From: Salpingoeca rosetta
Taxonomy: Eukaryota; Protista; Choanoflagellata
Length of the DNA stretch: 64,000 nucleotides
Direction of reading: 5' to 3'
NCBI GenBank assembly: GCA_033442325.1
Contig: JAWQFM010000001.1
Coordinates: 3,011,968 to 3,075,967 of the forward strand
Each line of letters starts with the position of its first letter. Position 1 is the stretch's first letter. Below the pieces are notes generated by a model. The model worked only from the letters and a program-made list of their open reading frames with translations. It did not search any database and was not told the origin of the DNA. The position numbers and the translations under genes are program-made. Below are positions 31,302 through 43,599 of the stretch, piece by piece.

Positions 31302-34300
31302 TCACACTTGCATGCATTGACCCTTTTCATCTTCCGTCGCTTGTGCTTGTACCCATAGGCGTGCAACCAGTGTACCAACTCTGGCAAGGCGTGCTACCGC
31401 GCTGCCAAGAAGGACCGCGAGAAAGGTGGGGCCATCTGGGAAGCGTGTCTTACCCCCCCCCCTCTTTTTAAGCATGCGCCTGCCTGCACAGCTCACTCAT
31501 ACTTGCGTCTTCTCTAACTCGTGCATACCCCCAACACACAAACAATACACACACACACTCACACAAACAAACAATACACACACACATACATACACACATA
31601 CACACTCACACAAACAAACAATACACACACGTGTGAAGGCGCGCCTTGCGGGTGCGGTGATGGCGACCCCGGCTGCCTCAAGTGCGGCATGTGCAAGACG
31701 TGCGCCAAGGAGGGCAAGCGGGAGGATGGCGCCGACTCTGAGCAAAAGTCCCTCACTGCCGTTCTCGACCCGCCCCACGCCCCGCGCGTCCTGCCAGAGG
31801 GCTTTGAGCTCTCCCGCGTGCAGCAGGAGGAGGAGTTCGCGGACGTGTGTGCTGGCGAGGAGCACGTGGTTGCCCTGACCGTGGACGGCAAGGTGTTTGT
31901 GTCCGGCTCAAACGAGGACGGGCAGCTCGGCCTGCCAGACATGGTGTGCACCGTCCCCTTCACGCACGTGCCCTTGCCCAGCGAAGCGCGCGCGTGCGGC
32001 ATCGCAGCCGGCGCCCGCCACACGGCCGTTGTGCTTGAGGACGGGCGGCTGGTCACGTTTGGCCGCAGCGACGAGGGCCAGCTCGGTGCGGGCCGCGCTG
32101 TGACGGACGACGACCGGAAGGCGGCGGTTGAGGCTGCTGTTGACGCAGCAGCGAAGGAGAAGGCCGACGCACAGGAGGAAGAGAAGAACAAGGAGGAAGG
32201 AGAGGGAGAGGATGACGAGATGAAGAAGCCAGCAGCCGATGAGGCGAAGAAGGGGGAGGACAGCAAGGAGAAAGACAAGAAGGAAGCAGAGCAAGGTGAC
32301 GAGAAGAAGGCCGAAGGAGCTGAGCAGAAGGAGGGAGATCAAGAAGAAGACAAGAAGAAGAAAGACGACAAGGAGGAGGAGGAGGACAAGGATAAGGCTG
32401 CTGCTGCTGCCGCCGCCGCCGTCGCCGAAGACAAGGCTGTGGCTGAGCGGGCCAGCAAAGCTGCCAAGGCTGCCACCAACGCGCCGCGCATTGTGGAGCT
32501 GCCCATGGCCGCGTCCACCGTGAGCGCCGCCGGCAGCGCCACCATCGTGTTTATGGGAGAGGACGTCTTTGACAAGTCTGTCCTTGCCAAGTCCAGCATG
32601 GCCTGCACAGGCCAGTACCTGCTTGCGCTCACGCCGCAGGGGGGTGCTGCCGATGCTGCCACCGACGGTACGGTGTGCCTGGCCACCTTCAACCTGACCA
32701 GCGGCCTGCTTGTTGAGAAGAACACGGCGTCCGGGATTGGCCGCGGCAGCTGCCTGTGCTTCAGCGCGCAGCACGACACGCTTGCGCTCTACGACAACAC
32801 CGCCGCTGCCGTCAGCTTCCACCGCACGCTGCTGACGGACGTGGAACGCAAGCCACACGAACGGCAGCGGTCGTACTCGGACCTGGCGGTGGATCCCCGT
32901 GCATTCTTGCTGTCCCCGTCCAACGTCGTTGGCCCGGAGAGTGCGGCCACCGCGCCGCGCGCCCTCGCCTCCACGTTCCTCAGCGTTCTTGCTGCGATGA
33001 ACCACGAGCCCGTCGGGCGGCCCAAGGCGGCGTCAGACAAGGTGGTGCCCAGCTCGCCCTCCACCGGCATTGGGCTGGAGGACGTGACGCATGTGTCGCG
33101 GTACTCGTCGCAGGGCGGCGGCTGGGGCTACGGCGGGTCGTCGCCGGACGCCATCGGCTTCAAGGTGAACCAGCCGATCGCCATCTGCGGGTTTGGGCTG
33201 TATGGGCAGGACTCCATGTCGTTCAACGCCACGATGAAGCTGTTTGTGGACGGCAAGGCGGAAGAGCCTCTGGCGACCAAGACGACGACGTACTCGAGCA
33301 ACTGCCCCGGCCGCAACTACGCCGCCATCCTCTTTGACGAGCCCGTCACCGTGGAGCCGCACCAGCTGTACATTGCCTGGGCGCTGATCCAGAGCCCGCA
33401 CTCGTCCATCTGTGGCTCGAGCGGCCAGTCTGTGGTGGAGGAGGACGGGGTGCAGTTCAACTTTGTCAGCACGCACCACGGCTCCAACGGCACCGACGTC
33501 AGCTCCGGGCAGGTCCCTGCCATCCTCTTCTGCACGCTGGACAAGCTGCAGGGGAGCACGGACCTGTTTGCGTCCACGGAGCAGAGCTTCAAGCTGAGCC
33601 CCCGCTTCTACCGCCAGGCGGATGTTGGGGGCCTGGAGGGCCTGCTCAACACCCTCTCTTCCACGTGGCAGCACTTGCTCAAGGCCAAGGCGGTCCCAGC
33701 AGCAGGTAAAAGTACCAAGTCCAACACACACTTCCACGTGGGCGTGTTTGCCCGCTGCCTGCATCTGATTGAGCAGTGCGTGCGCAGCAACTTTGAACTA
33801 GACTGGCTCGGTAACGTGACCACGCGCCCAAAGCCGGACGTGTCCACTACTCTCTTTGAGGAAGTTCTGCGGCTGCGTCATTTCGCCCGCGAGTGCCTGT
33901 CCACAGCGCCCAAGAATGCGGCGACGCGCAAGGCACTGGAGCTCATCACCAGCACCTTCAAGCAGTTGTTTAAGCTCTTCTATCCTACCACTCGTCTCCA
34001 GCGTGACCTCTTCCTGGAGGTGCTGATGCATGGCAAGACCGATGTATCAGATCCGCAAGCAGAAGCGCAGGTGTGCGTGTGGAAACCTGTGTGTGTGTGT
34101 GTGTGCGTGTGTAAACCTGTGTGTGCGTGTGTGTGTGTATCTGTATCTGCGTGCGTGTGTATCTGTATCTGTGTGCGTGCGTGTGTACATCTTGAGTATG
34201 TCTGTGTGCATGTGCGTATCCCCCCCTCTCTCTGTGGTCAGTGTCTTTGGAGTTGTTTGGGTTTCTTCGTATGCGCGTGTGCCCTTGCTTGCTCTGGTGC

Positions 34301-34811
34301 TCGTTTCCTCGTTGCAGCCCACGCTTGTTGAGTGTGTGTGTGTGTTGCGCCCCCACACATGGTTTCCACATGTGTCACTCACTCGCCGTTACCACCCTGC
34401 GTTGCTCGAATTCCAGCCGCTGCTACTCGCGCTGTTGTCAGTGTTCTCACAGCCCGGTTTCAACTTCCCCAAGTTGTTTCTCGCCAAGAGCACGCTCGTG
34501 TCTGAAACCGCCAAGACCATGTACGTGTGTGTGTGTGTATGTGTGTTTTCCCATTCTTCTGCGTTATCTTCCTCCTGTGAATGCGTCCTTGCATCGTGTT
34601 GGTGACGTTACGGCGCCGCAGCGCCCAGCACGCCCTTTGATGCTATGCGCTGGCGATTCTTCCTGAACACATCGATTTGTGTTGCCTGGGGCTCATGTCT
34701 CTGTGTATGTGTGCGTGTATGTGCATGTGTGTATGTGTATGTGCATGTGCATGTGTATGTGCATGTGTATGTGCATGTGTATGTGTATGTGCATGTGTAT
34801 GTGTGCGTGTA

Positions 34812-34844
<33 letters not shown>

Positions 34845-34849
34845 GTGCA

Positions 34850-34882
<33 letters not shown>

Positions 34883-37800
34883 GTCGCCATCCACGCTCAC
34901 GCGTCGTGCCTTGTACGCATGCATCACAGGCAAGTGGTGGAGGTGGAGGGCGAGGACGCTTACGAAGCCCTGACGGTCAGCACCAACTCTGTCCGCGCCA
35001 ACGCCCTCAAGACCAGCGAGCCGGAAGTCTGGTGCGTATCATGCACAAGCACATGCATGTATGGCATGGAGCTGCGTAACTCTATTTGAGCCATGCCCGA
35101 GCATGGTTTTGCATGTTGTCCGTGTGCACTTTGGGCCATACCGCCCAACAGCTTCAAACCAGCCCGATTCCTCCTCACCCCGCGTTATTATCTTGCCGGT
35201 GACTTTGGTGCGCACTTCCCTTCCCAACCTGTCGATTAACTTCTTATTGTTCTTCTTGTTTTTCTCTGACTCTATTGCTGTCTCTGCCTCCTCCTCCACC
35301 ACCACCACCTCCACCTCCACCACCACCACCACCTCCTCCTCCTCCATTTTCTTCTTGCATGCGTGGCACATGTCAGGGAGAGCAACGGCCCGAGCGGTAC
35401 GCACTGGATCCAGGTGCAGATGCAGCCCAACGTGTATATCAGCGAGCTGACGCTGGTGGCGGCGAGCCGCGACTCGTACCGCCCCAGCCGCGTAGACGTC
35501 AAGGTGGGCACGGAGGACGACCTGTCCAGCATGTGCTCCATCAACTGCGATGCCGAGCGCAAGGGCGACAACATCACCATGCTGTCGGACTGCGACGAGT
35601 ACTACCCGGTCGTGAGGCTGTGCATCTCAGCGGACGGCATCAACACGCGGATCCGCCAGCTCGTTGTTGTTGGTGAGCAGCGCACGCTCCAGCCCGGCCT
35701 GGCGGACGCAGAGGTGATGACGCCCTACTCTGAATACGTCATGGCGCAGTGCGGCATGTTTGCCGGGAAGAGCGACGATGACGACGTGTCGTCGGACCTG
35801 TTCCGCGAGGTGGTGCATCGCCTCATTGCCATGGTGCGTGGCACAGCTGCCAATGGGTCCCACAGCATCGAGGAGCTGGTTGCCGCACTGCTCACGTCCA
35901 CCACGACGCAGCTCAGCCTCAAGTCTGCCATGGCCACACAGCACCCACAGCCGCAAGGCGCAGCACCAGCAGCGGCAGCCTCTCAAGAGTCTCAGAGTAA
36001 GTCAAGGAACGTGCGTTGTGGTTGCTTGGCCATCTGGTATTCGTAGATGCTCCACTCGCCCTTGATGGCAGAGAGCTTTTCCTTTTGATTACTGGTCTGT
36101 TTTGTTTGCCCTCTGGTCTTCTCTTTGCTTCTGCACTTGGCCGCAGGTCTGCACACACACACACACACACACACTGATCGCTCTCTCACTCACACACACA
36201 CACACACACTGAACACACACTGAACACACACTGAACACACCCTCCCTCGCATTGAACACACAGGCAAGCTGGCGAGCGGGTTTGTGGTTACAGTGCTGCA
36301 AGAGGCGCTGATGGTACTCAACTCTGGACAGGTGGACGTGTCGACGTCACCCTTGTTCACCAAGATCCTGCCCAGCCTGCTTGCCCATGCGAGCTTCCTG
36401 GAGCACGCGAGCACCGCAGAGGTGCTGGAGGTGGTTGGCCTCATCCAAGAGCTGCTGGGCCGCATTGCTGCGATGCAGCCTGCTTCCTCCGGATCAAAGG
36501 CGGACAGCGGCCACAACAAAGCCGACAACACTGACGAGTCTGCCGCCTCCTCACCACGCCTGGTGGTGGTGGAGACAGCGCACCCCTACGAGCAGGCCGT
36601 GCGCCAGCAGCGGGCCATCAGCTTTGACAAGGACACCAGTTGCCTTGGCATTGAGTTTGACCCGCGGTCGTCCTTCTCCCAGGTGGAGGACAAGCTCGTG
36701 ATTTGGGTGCGGCGCAGCGACAGCGAGGACTTTGTGGAGTTTATGTCCTTCACAGGCAACACCGATTTTCCGTCACAGAGCCTCATCCTGCCTGGCCACG
36801 CCGCCATATTCGAACTGCAAACCGCCACAGATTACCAGGTGCGCAATGCTTTTTGGCGTGTGTGTGTGTGTGGATGTGAATGTGAATGTGAATGTGGTGA
36901 GGAAGGAGTTGGGAGTAGGACATTGTGTTGTCCCGTTTCGCGTCTCGTTTTGTTCAACAAGTAATTGTTTGTGTTTCTCATCACAACAAGTTGCATCGCG
37001 TTCGTTTCAGACTCAACACTGTCGCTTACATCTTAACATCTGCGGCGTTTTCTTTTATGTGTTTGTGTGTGTGTGTGTGTGTGTGTTTTTTTGTTCGTTC
37101 GGTTGTTCGTTTGTTTGCCTTTTCTTGATTTGACTGCAGGATCTGGAGCGAGAGAACAACGAGTCGTGCTTTGGGTTCAAGGCGACTGTTGTTGGCTACA
37201 AGTTCTCCGAGTGCTCCCGCGACCTCCTGCACATCCTGGAGCGTGAGTTGACGCTCGTCGGCGGCATGTGCGCCGCGTCCCTCCTGAAGAAGAAGGCCAT
37301 CACCCGCCTGAGCCGCGCAGAGCTTGAGGAGGACGATGAGGACGAGGGCAAGGGCAAGAAGCACAAGCACAAGGCAAAGCTCACCTCCGACGAGAAGAAG
37401 GAGGTGCGCTGCTACACTCGACACGTCCTCGTTTGGCTTATGTTACTTGTGTTTGCTTGTGCTTGCTTGTGCTTGCTTGTGCTTGCTTGTGCTTTCACTC
37501 GCCAAATCCCGCCCTTTACTCATTCGCCCCCCCCCCTCTCTCGCGCGCTCTTCTTCGCATTTCCTTGGCCTCTTGTGTGAGCAGCGCAAGGAACTGGCGG
37601 CTGCGCTTGATGCCATGGCGTCAAGCCTCTTCTCCAAGGGTCTGCGGCTCCCAGATCAACACAAGCTGCTCGAGTTCTTCAAGGAGCCATCAGGTACACT
37701 GTGTGTGTGTATGTGTGTGTGTGTGTGAATGCGTCTCTCAGGGGGTTTACGGCCTTGTTTGATGGTGTTGTGCTTGGGACATGCCCGTCTTGTGTGAACT

Positions 37801-40800
37801 ACCCTGTTTGCCTCATCGAAACGTTCCTTGTCCTCAATCTTTGTCGTCCATTACAGTCAAAGCCCTGATGCATTTCCATCCGCGTGAAGAAGGCAACTTC
37901 GACCAGATGTTCCTGCGCAACTTTGTCGACGCCACCCCCAACACACCAGGCGGCCGTCTCGGTGCGTCTTGTGTTGTGTCGTCTGCGTGCATGTTGTGTG
38001 CATGTCTTGGGTTGGGTGAACGTGTGCGTTTGCGTGCACACAGGTCTCTGCCACGGTGTCGGTGCATTTTGGCGCACGACGCACGCGACCACGAGCAAGC
38101 GAGGCGCAGTGTTCCCGTTTTGTCCCGAACGGCTGAATTATGTCCACATACACACGCTCATCCTCACCACCATGCTCATCCTCACAATCATGCACACGCT
38201 CACCACACTCGCGCACACATGCACATGATGATGCTGGCGCTGATGCAGCTGAGTGGTTGCAAGGGCCATGTGCAGTCAACCCTCGTTCGTGCACGCTCGA
38301 GTACATGCAGCCAGGCAAAGAAGTGACAACCATCAAGCAAGGCGACACGTGCAAATTCAAACGTGAGTAGACAAACTGCGCGCTGGCCTTCTTGACCTCC
38401 TGGTGCAAATATGTTACCTCTCTTCCCTCCACCTGCTTCCCACTTTCACGAGAGCGTTGTTGTCCTGTGTGTGGGTGTGTGTTGACACACAACTGCCATT
38501 CCTCGTATTGGTCACACACACACACACACCACACAAACACAAACACACACACAACTGACATTGCGCATGCGTTGCTTTCCTGTTTCTCTTCTTGTGTTGC
38601 TGGTTTTGTTTTGCTGTAGTGCAAACGCGCGCCACGGATGGAGGCTTGATCCACCACCCGAACACGATGGTGCGGTTCATTGCGAAGCGGCGGCGTGACA
38701 AGGCCACGTCTTCGTCCGAGCCGGCCAGCAAGGGCAAGGCCAATGGCAATGACGCTACCGCGGGTTCCTCTGCCAATGCTGATGCTGACAAGAGCAGCGC
38801 CCGCTCCCGCGATGTGCTGGCTGGTCTTGAGCCGCGCAAGACCGCGCATGGCATCGAGTACCAGTCGCTGTTTGCCCGCGGCGGCGTTCGCTACAGCCCG
38901 GAGGAGGCACGGCTGCGGTACCTGCAGAAGGCCGTGGAACAGGTGTCCACAGACGCCGTGGAGGACGGCGTGTATGCCATCTCGTGGAAGCCAACCGAGC
39001 CGGGTGTGTACGATGTGGACGTGGTGGTCGACGGCCAGTCGATCCTCGCCGAGAAGCGCGCGTATGTGGTTGAGGAGGACGACCACTTCAACAGCTCGGA
39101 CAAGGCGTCCACGGCCTCTGACGAGGAAGAGGAAGCCGCCCGCGCTGCCGTCGACAAGGAGCTGGAGGAGCTCGATGCAGAATGCGAAAACGACGTGGTC
39201 ATGACACCCGGCTCCAGCAAGTTCAAAGCCATCAAGGACGTCGTTGTCCGAGCAGCGCCTTCGCAAGAGAGCATCGGGGTGCGTACACGCGTACTCGTGT
39301 TTGTTTCAGCCCGTGGTGTTGCTGTCGTGGTGTCCGGTGTGCGTGTGCTCGGCTTTTGGGGTGTGCTCGGACACGATTGCTGTCGTGTGAATGAAGCCTC
39401 AGCGGTTCCCATGTTGTTCCAAAGCGAACGTAGTGTTTTAATGTTTGATTTGTGTTGGCTTCCGCTGTGCTTGGGCTGCTTTCTTGTCCTCTGTACCCTT
39501 TTGTTGTCGTTTGGTCGATTCACCCTGATTGTTGACATGTGTCATGTGTGGTTCCCCCGAAACAGGTCGGCAAGTTGTCTCCCGGCGATATCATTGACAC
39601 GAGCGACTTGCAGACAAACGCGGAAGGCATGTGGGTGAAGCTGGCAGGCGAATGCATCTTCTCATGCGTCGAAGAGGTATGGGAAAGGGGATTTCTACTT
39701 AACATGTGTGAGTGCAGGCGCGAGTGCACGTGTGAAGACGAATGATGCTGCGTCTAGCTTGATATATGTTTGCTGTGTGGGATTGGGCTACAGTTTGCTT
39801 GGGGTGGCGGTCGTACGTATTGTAGTCGCTGGCTTGTAATGCTGTCCCCGCTCTGTGTCGTTTTACCTCTTTGTTACACCACCATCAACTCTCACACGGA
39901 TTGAACTTGCGCTTGTAGTCGATGCGGCACCTCGATGCGTGGGTGCCCCATCACATTTCCGAGTTGTTTGGGGGCGCGCAAGTCCTCGAAGACCTGGCTG
40001 AAGACGCTGATGTGGACAGCAAGGGGAGCAAGCAATCGTCCGCAGAATCCCCCGCCGGCATGTCTGCACCGTACGTCACATGACCATTGCTACTGGCTTG
40101 CTGGTGTTGTTGTCTTTCATGACCGAAGGCGACTCCTCCCTACTCGCTGCTCATGAACGCGTGGTCTGATGTAGTGCTTTGTTCGACTTTCTCATTTTCA
40201 CATGGAACATGTTGTTTTGTGCCGCGTTCTCCATGCTCGAACCGTACACCCCTCTGCACGGCATGTACATCTGCAGTCGCGGGGGCTTTCAGCTGGGCCC
40301 GGGCCCCTTTGGCAGCTTTGGCAGCGGCCCGAGCGGCAGCGGCTCGCTCGGTGCGCCTGCTGGCATGAGTCCCTTTGGCTCCGCCTTTGGCAGTGGCCCT
40401 GCTGGTGGGTTTGGTGTGGGCCCGGTACTCAGTGCGCGACCTCCTGCGCCCGGTCCACGGCCGCCTGGTGCCATCGAAGGACTTACGTATCAAAAGAACG
40501 AGGTACCGACTTTTGGACAACCGGTACGTGCGTTTGGAGCGCCAGCGCCTGCGTTTGGAGCGCCAGCGCCTGCGTTTGGAGCGCCTGCGTTTGGAGCGCC
40601 TGCGTTTGGAGCGCCTGCGCCTGCGTTTGGAGCGCCTGCGCCTGCGTTTGGAGCACCAGGTCCGTTTGGGGCCAAGCCGTTTGATTTTGGCGGCACCAAG
40701 AAGGACTCGCCGTCATCGGCGGATCAAGCAGGTAGCGCGTTGGCCAAGACAGTGAAGAAGAAGGGGAAGAAGAAGCCTGCTGGGAAGAAGGCATTTGACA

Positions 40801-41515
40801 TGTTCCATGGCGAGGATGTGGTGGATCTTGTCACCCAAGAATCGAGCTCAGCGCCCGGTGAGGCCAAGCCGTTCTCGTTTGGAGAGGCGGCCAAGTTGAA
40901 GACGGGTTCTGACAGCTCCTCTTCATCCTCTGGTGCAAAGCCGGAGGCCGCGGCCAGCAAGCCAAAGGCCGACGAGCCTCCCCTGTTCTTGGAGCGGACG
41001 TGTCGCCAGGCATCGTACACGTTCCCTGTGGCCCGGCTGGTTCGCACCATCTATGCGGTGTTCTTGTGGCACGCCAACTTCATGCCGGATGCTGTCCTCT
41101 TGGCAACGCACCTCAAGTTCCAGCCAGACATGCTCCGCCCCCGCACCGAGGAGAAGCAGCGGCAAGGTGCAAGCGGTCGTCGTTGTGGTTGTGTGATGTG
41201 TGCGCATGCGTTTGTGGCATGCTGAGTGCATGCTTATGTCGGCGAGTGCGTGCATGTGTCGAACCCACTGTTTTCCAGCCAGTGCGCGCATTCCGTGTCA
41301 AATGCTCACTGTCTTGGTTTGTTTTCTTTGTCCCTTTCTGACACGACAGAGACGCAGCGCTTGCGCAAAGCCTTTTCTCACCCACCGCCTCCTGTCGAAA
41401 GCATCGGTGCGTACGCTTTCAAGAGAGAGAGTGTGTGTGTGAGTGTGTGTGTGTGAGGGTGAGGGTGAGTGAGAGTTAGAGAGCGAGAGAGTGTGTGCGT
41501 GTGTCCAAGGGGAAA

Positions 41516-41588
<73 letters not shown>

Positions 41589-43534
41589 CGAGGGGGGGGG
41601 GGGCGAAGTACCAGTGTTCATTGTGATCCATTGTGATATGGCATGGCTAACCGTTCACGTGCCCACTGCTGTTTCCAATGCACCGATGCTTGCGTCTCGT
41701 TGCTCTTGTCTTCATGACAGAGCACGGTGCCACGGTGTACTTCACCAACTCTGACTCGTCCATGCCCATCAAGGCGAAGGTACGAAGCGAACAGACTCGC
41801 ACAAACGAGCAATGACACAGCCAGCACAACTGCAAGCAGAAGGCGCCGCTTGTGCCGTGCAACCAATGTACCGCAGTTATGTTACACTATCGCAATGGCT
41901 GCCTCGCCGCATCTGATCCCAACTTTCTTCTTGTGTACGTGTGTGCAGGTGAAGAAGGTGCAGGTACAGCACATCATCATCAACGACCTCAAGGTTGAGG
42001 TTGGTATGCGGCTCGAGGCCAAGGACCGTCTCAACCCAAACATGATTGGTGAGGATGTTCTCGTTTGCATTGGATTTGCTCGTGCTCAAGCTTGCATTGG
42101 ATTTGCTCGTGACGCAAGCTTACTGGTGCTGTCCTGTCTCCCACGCGTGAACCTTGCCTTCGACGTAAACGACCGTGCGTCCTCTGCTTGCCTCAGCGCC
42201 TGCCAACGTCATTGCTGTGCTGCCGGACAACCGCATTCGGGTATGCGTATGCGTATGCGTGTGTGTGTGTGTGCGTGCGTGTGTGTGTGTGAACGTGGGC
42301 TTGTGTGTGTAATTGGGAGTGTGCTAGCTTGCTTGCTGGGTTGGGTTGCCTGCTCTTGCAACCAGGTATGGTCGACTGTCTTTGCTGATATGACCTTGCG
42401 CGCGTGCGATGGTTTGGTGTGCAGATCAACTTTGATGGGTGGAGTGCGCGGTACGACTACGAGGCTTCGCTGGACGACGCAGACTTGCATCCAATTGGAT
42501 ATGCACAAAGTATCAACCACAAGCTTGAGCGGCCCAACGGCTATGGAGAAAGGTGATTTGCTCTGTGCGTGTGCGCGTATGTGCATTGCGTTGTTGGCGT
42601 GTCGTAGCATGTGTTACATCTTGTTGTATCGTGTGGAGTGAGTGTGTTGTGGGACAACAAAAGCGACTCGAGTGTTCAGCGATGAAAATCAAGCAGCGGC
42701 GAGGAAACCCACTCAACTCAACGAGTGGCCTTCACGCTGTGCTCTTGATCTGCAATCACACGCAAACTCATTTGTTGTGTTACAGGTTTGTTTGGCCGGA
42801 GTATCTTCGCGACATCAAGGCGCGCCCAGTGCCGTTTGAGCTGCTCTCTCACCGCAGCAACCAGAAGCTCATCGAGCTGGACAAGAAGGTGTGCAGATGC
42901 CGCTTTGTGTGTGTGTGTGTGTGTGTGCGTGCGTGCGTGCGTGTGTGTGTGTGTGTGTGTGTAGCTTGAAGCATGTGACACTTGTTTATGTTGGTCAACG
43001 TGATTTCGACCATTCATTTTGGTTTTCTTTTGTGTACAGCACTCGCTTACCTCGCGTGCGCTTCCCATGCGTGCGATTCTTGTCCATGCACTCATGCAAC
43101 GCCACGAAACCCACCCGCACGCCACTATTCCACGCTACAGGCGAGGGAGATGGGCAATGGCGCCATCGCCCATCCCATCCACGAGCACTTACTCCGCCAC
43201 CACCTGCCGAACCACGGCTGGGTGTGCGATGGACGCCACCAGCAACACGATTTTTGCGGCTGCGATGGCGGCGGCGGCCTCTTTGGCGGCGTGGCATACG
43301 GCGGAACGGTTTGTTCTCCTTCCTTTGTTCGCACTCGCCTTGTCGTGATTTCTCAAGTGTTTGAGATGGTTGTTCAATTGAATTTTATCTTCTGTTGTAT
43401 TCCCTGCGTCCCACACATCCATGAACACACAAACACACACACAATCGCCAGCCAAGTATTCACTGATATCATGCTTCACGCACGCACATGAAATTACCAA
43501 CACCATCCTCATGCCCCCTCCGCTCACACAAACA

Positions 43535-43599
<65 letters not shown>

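Noticed and set aside
40529-40657. Short direct repeats considered as a CRISPR-like array
   Set aside because: No unique spacers and no cas genes; this is an in-frame coding minisatellite.
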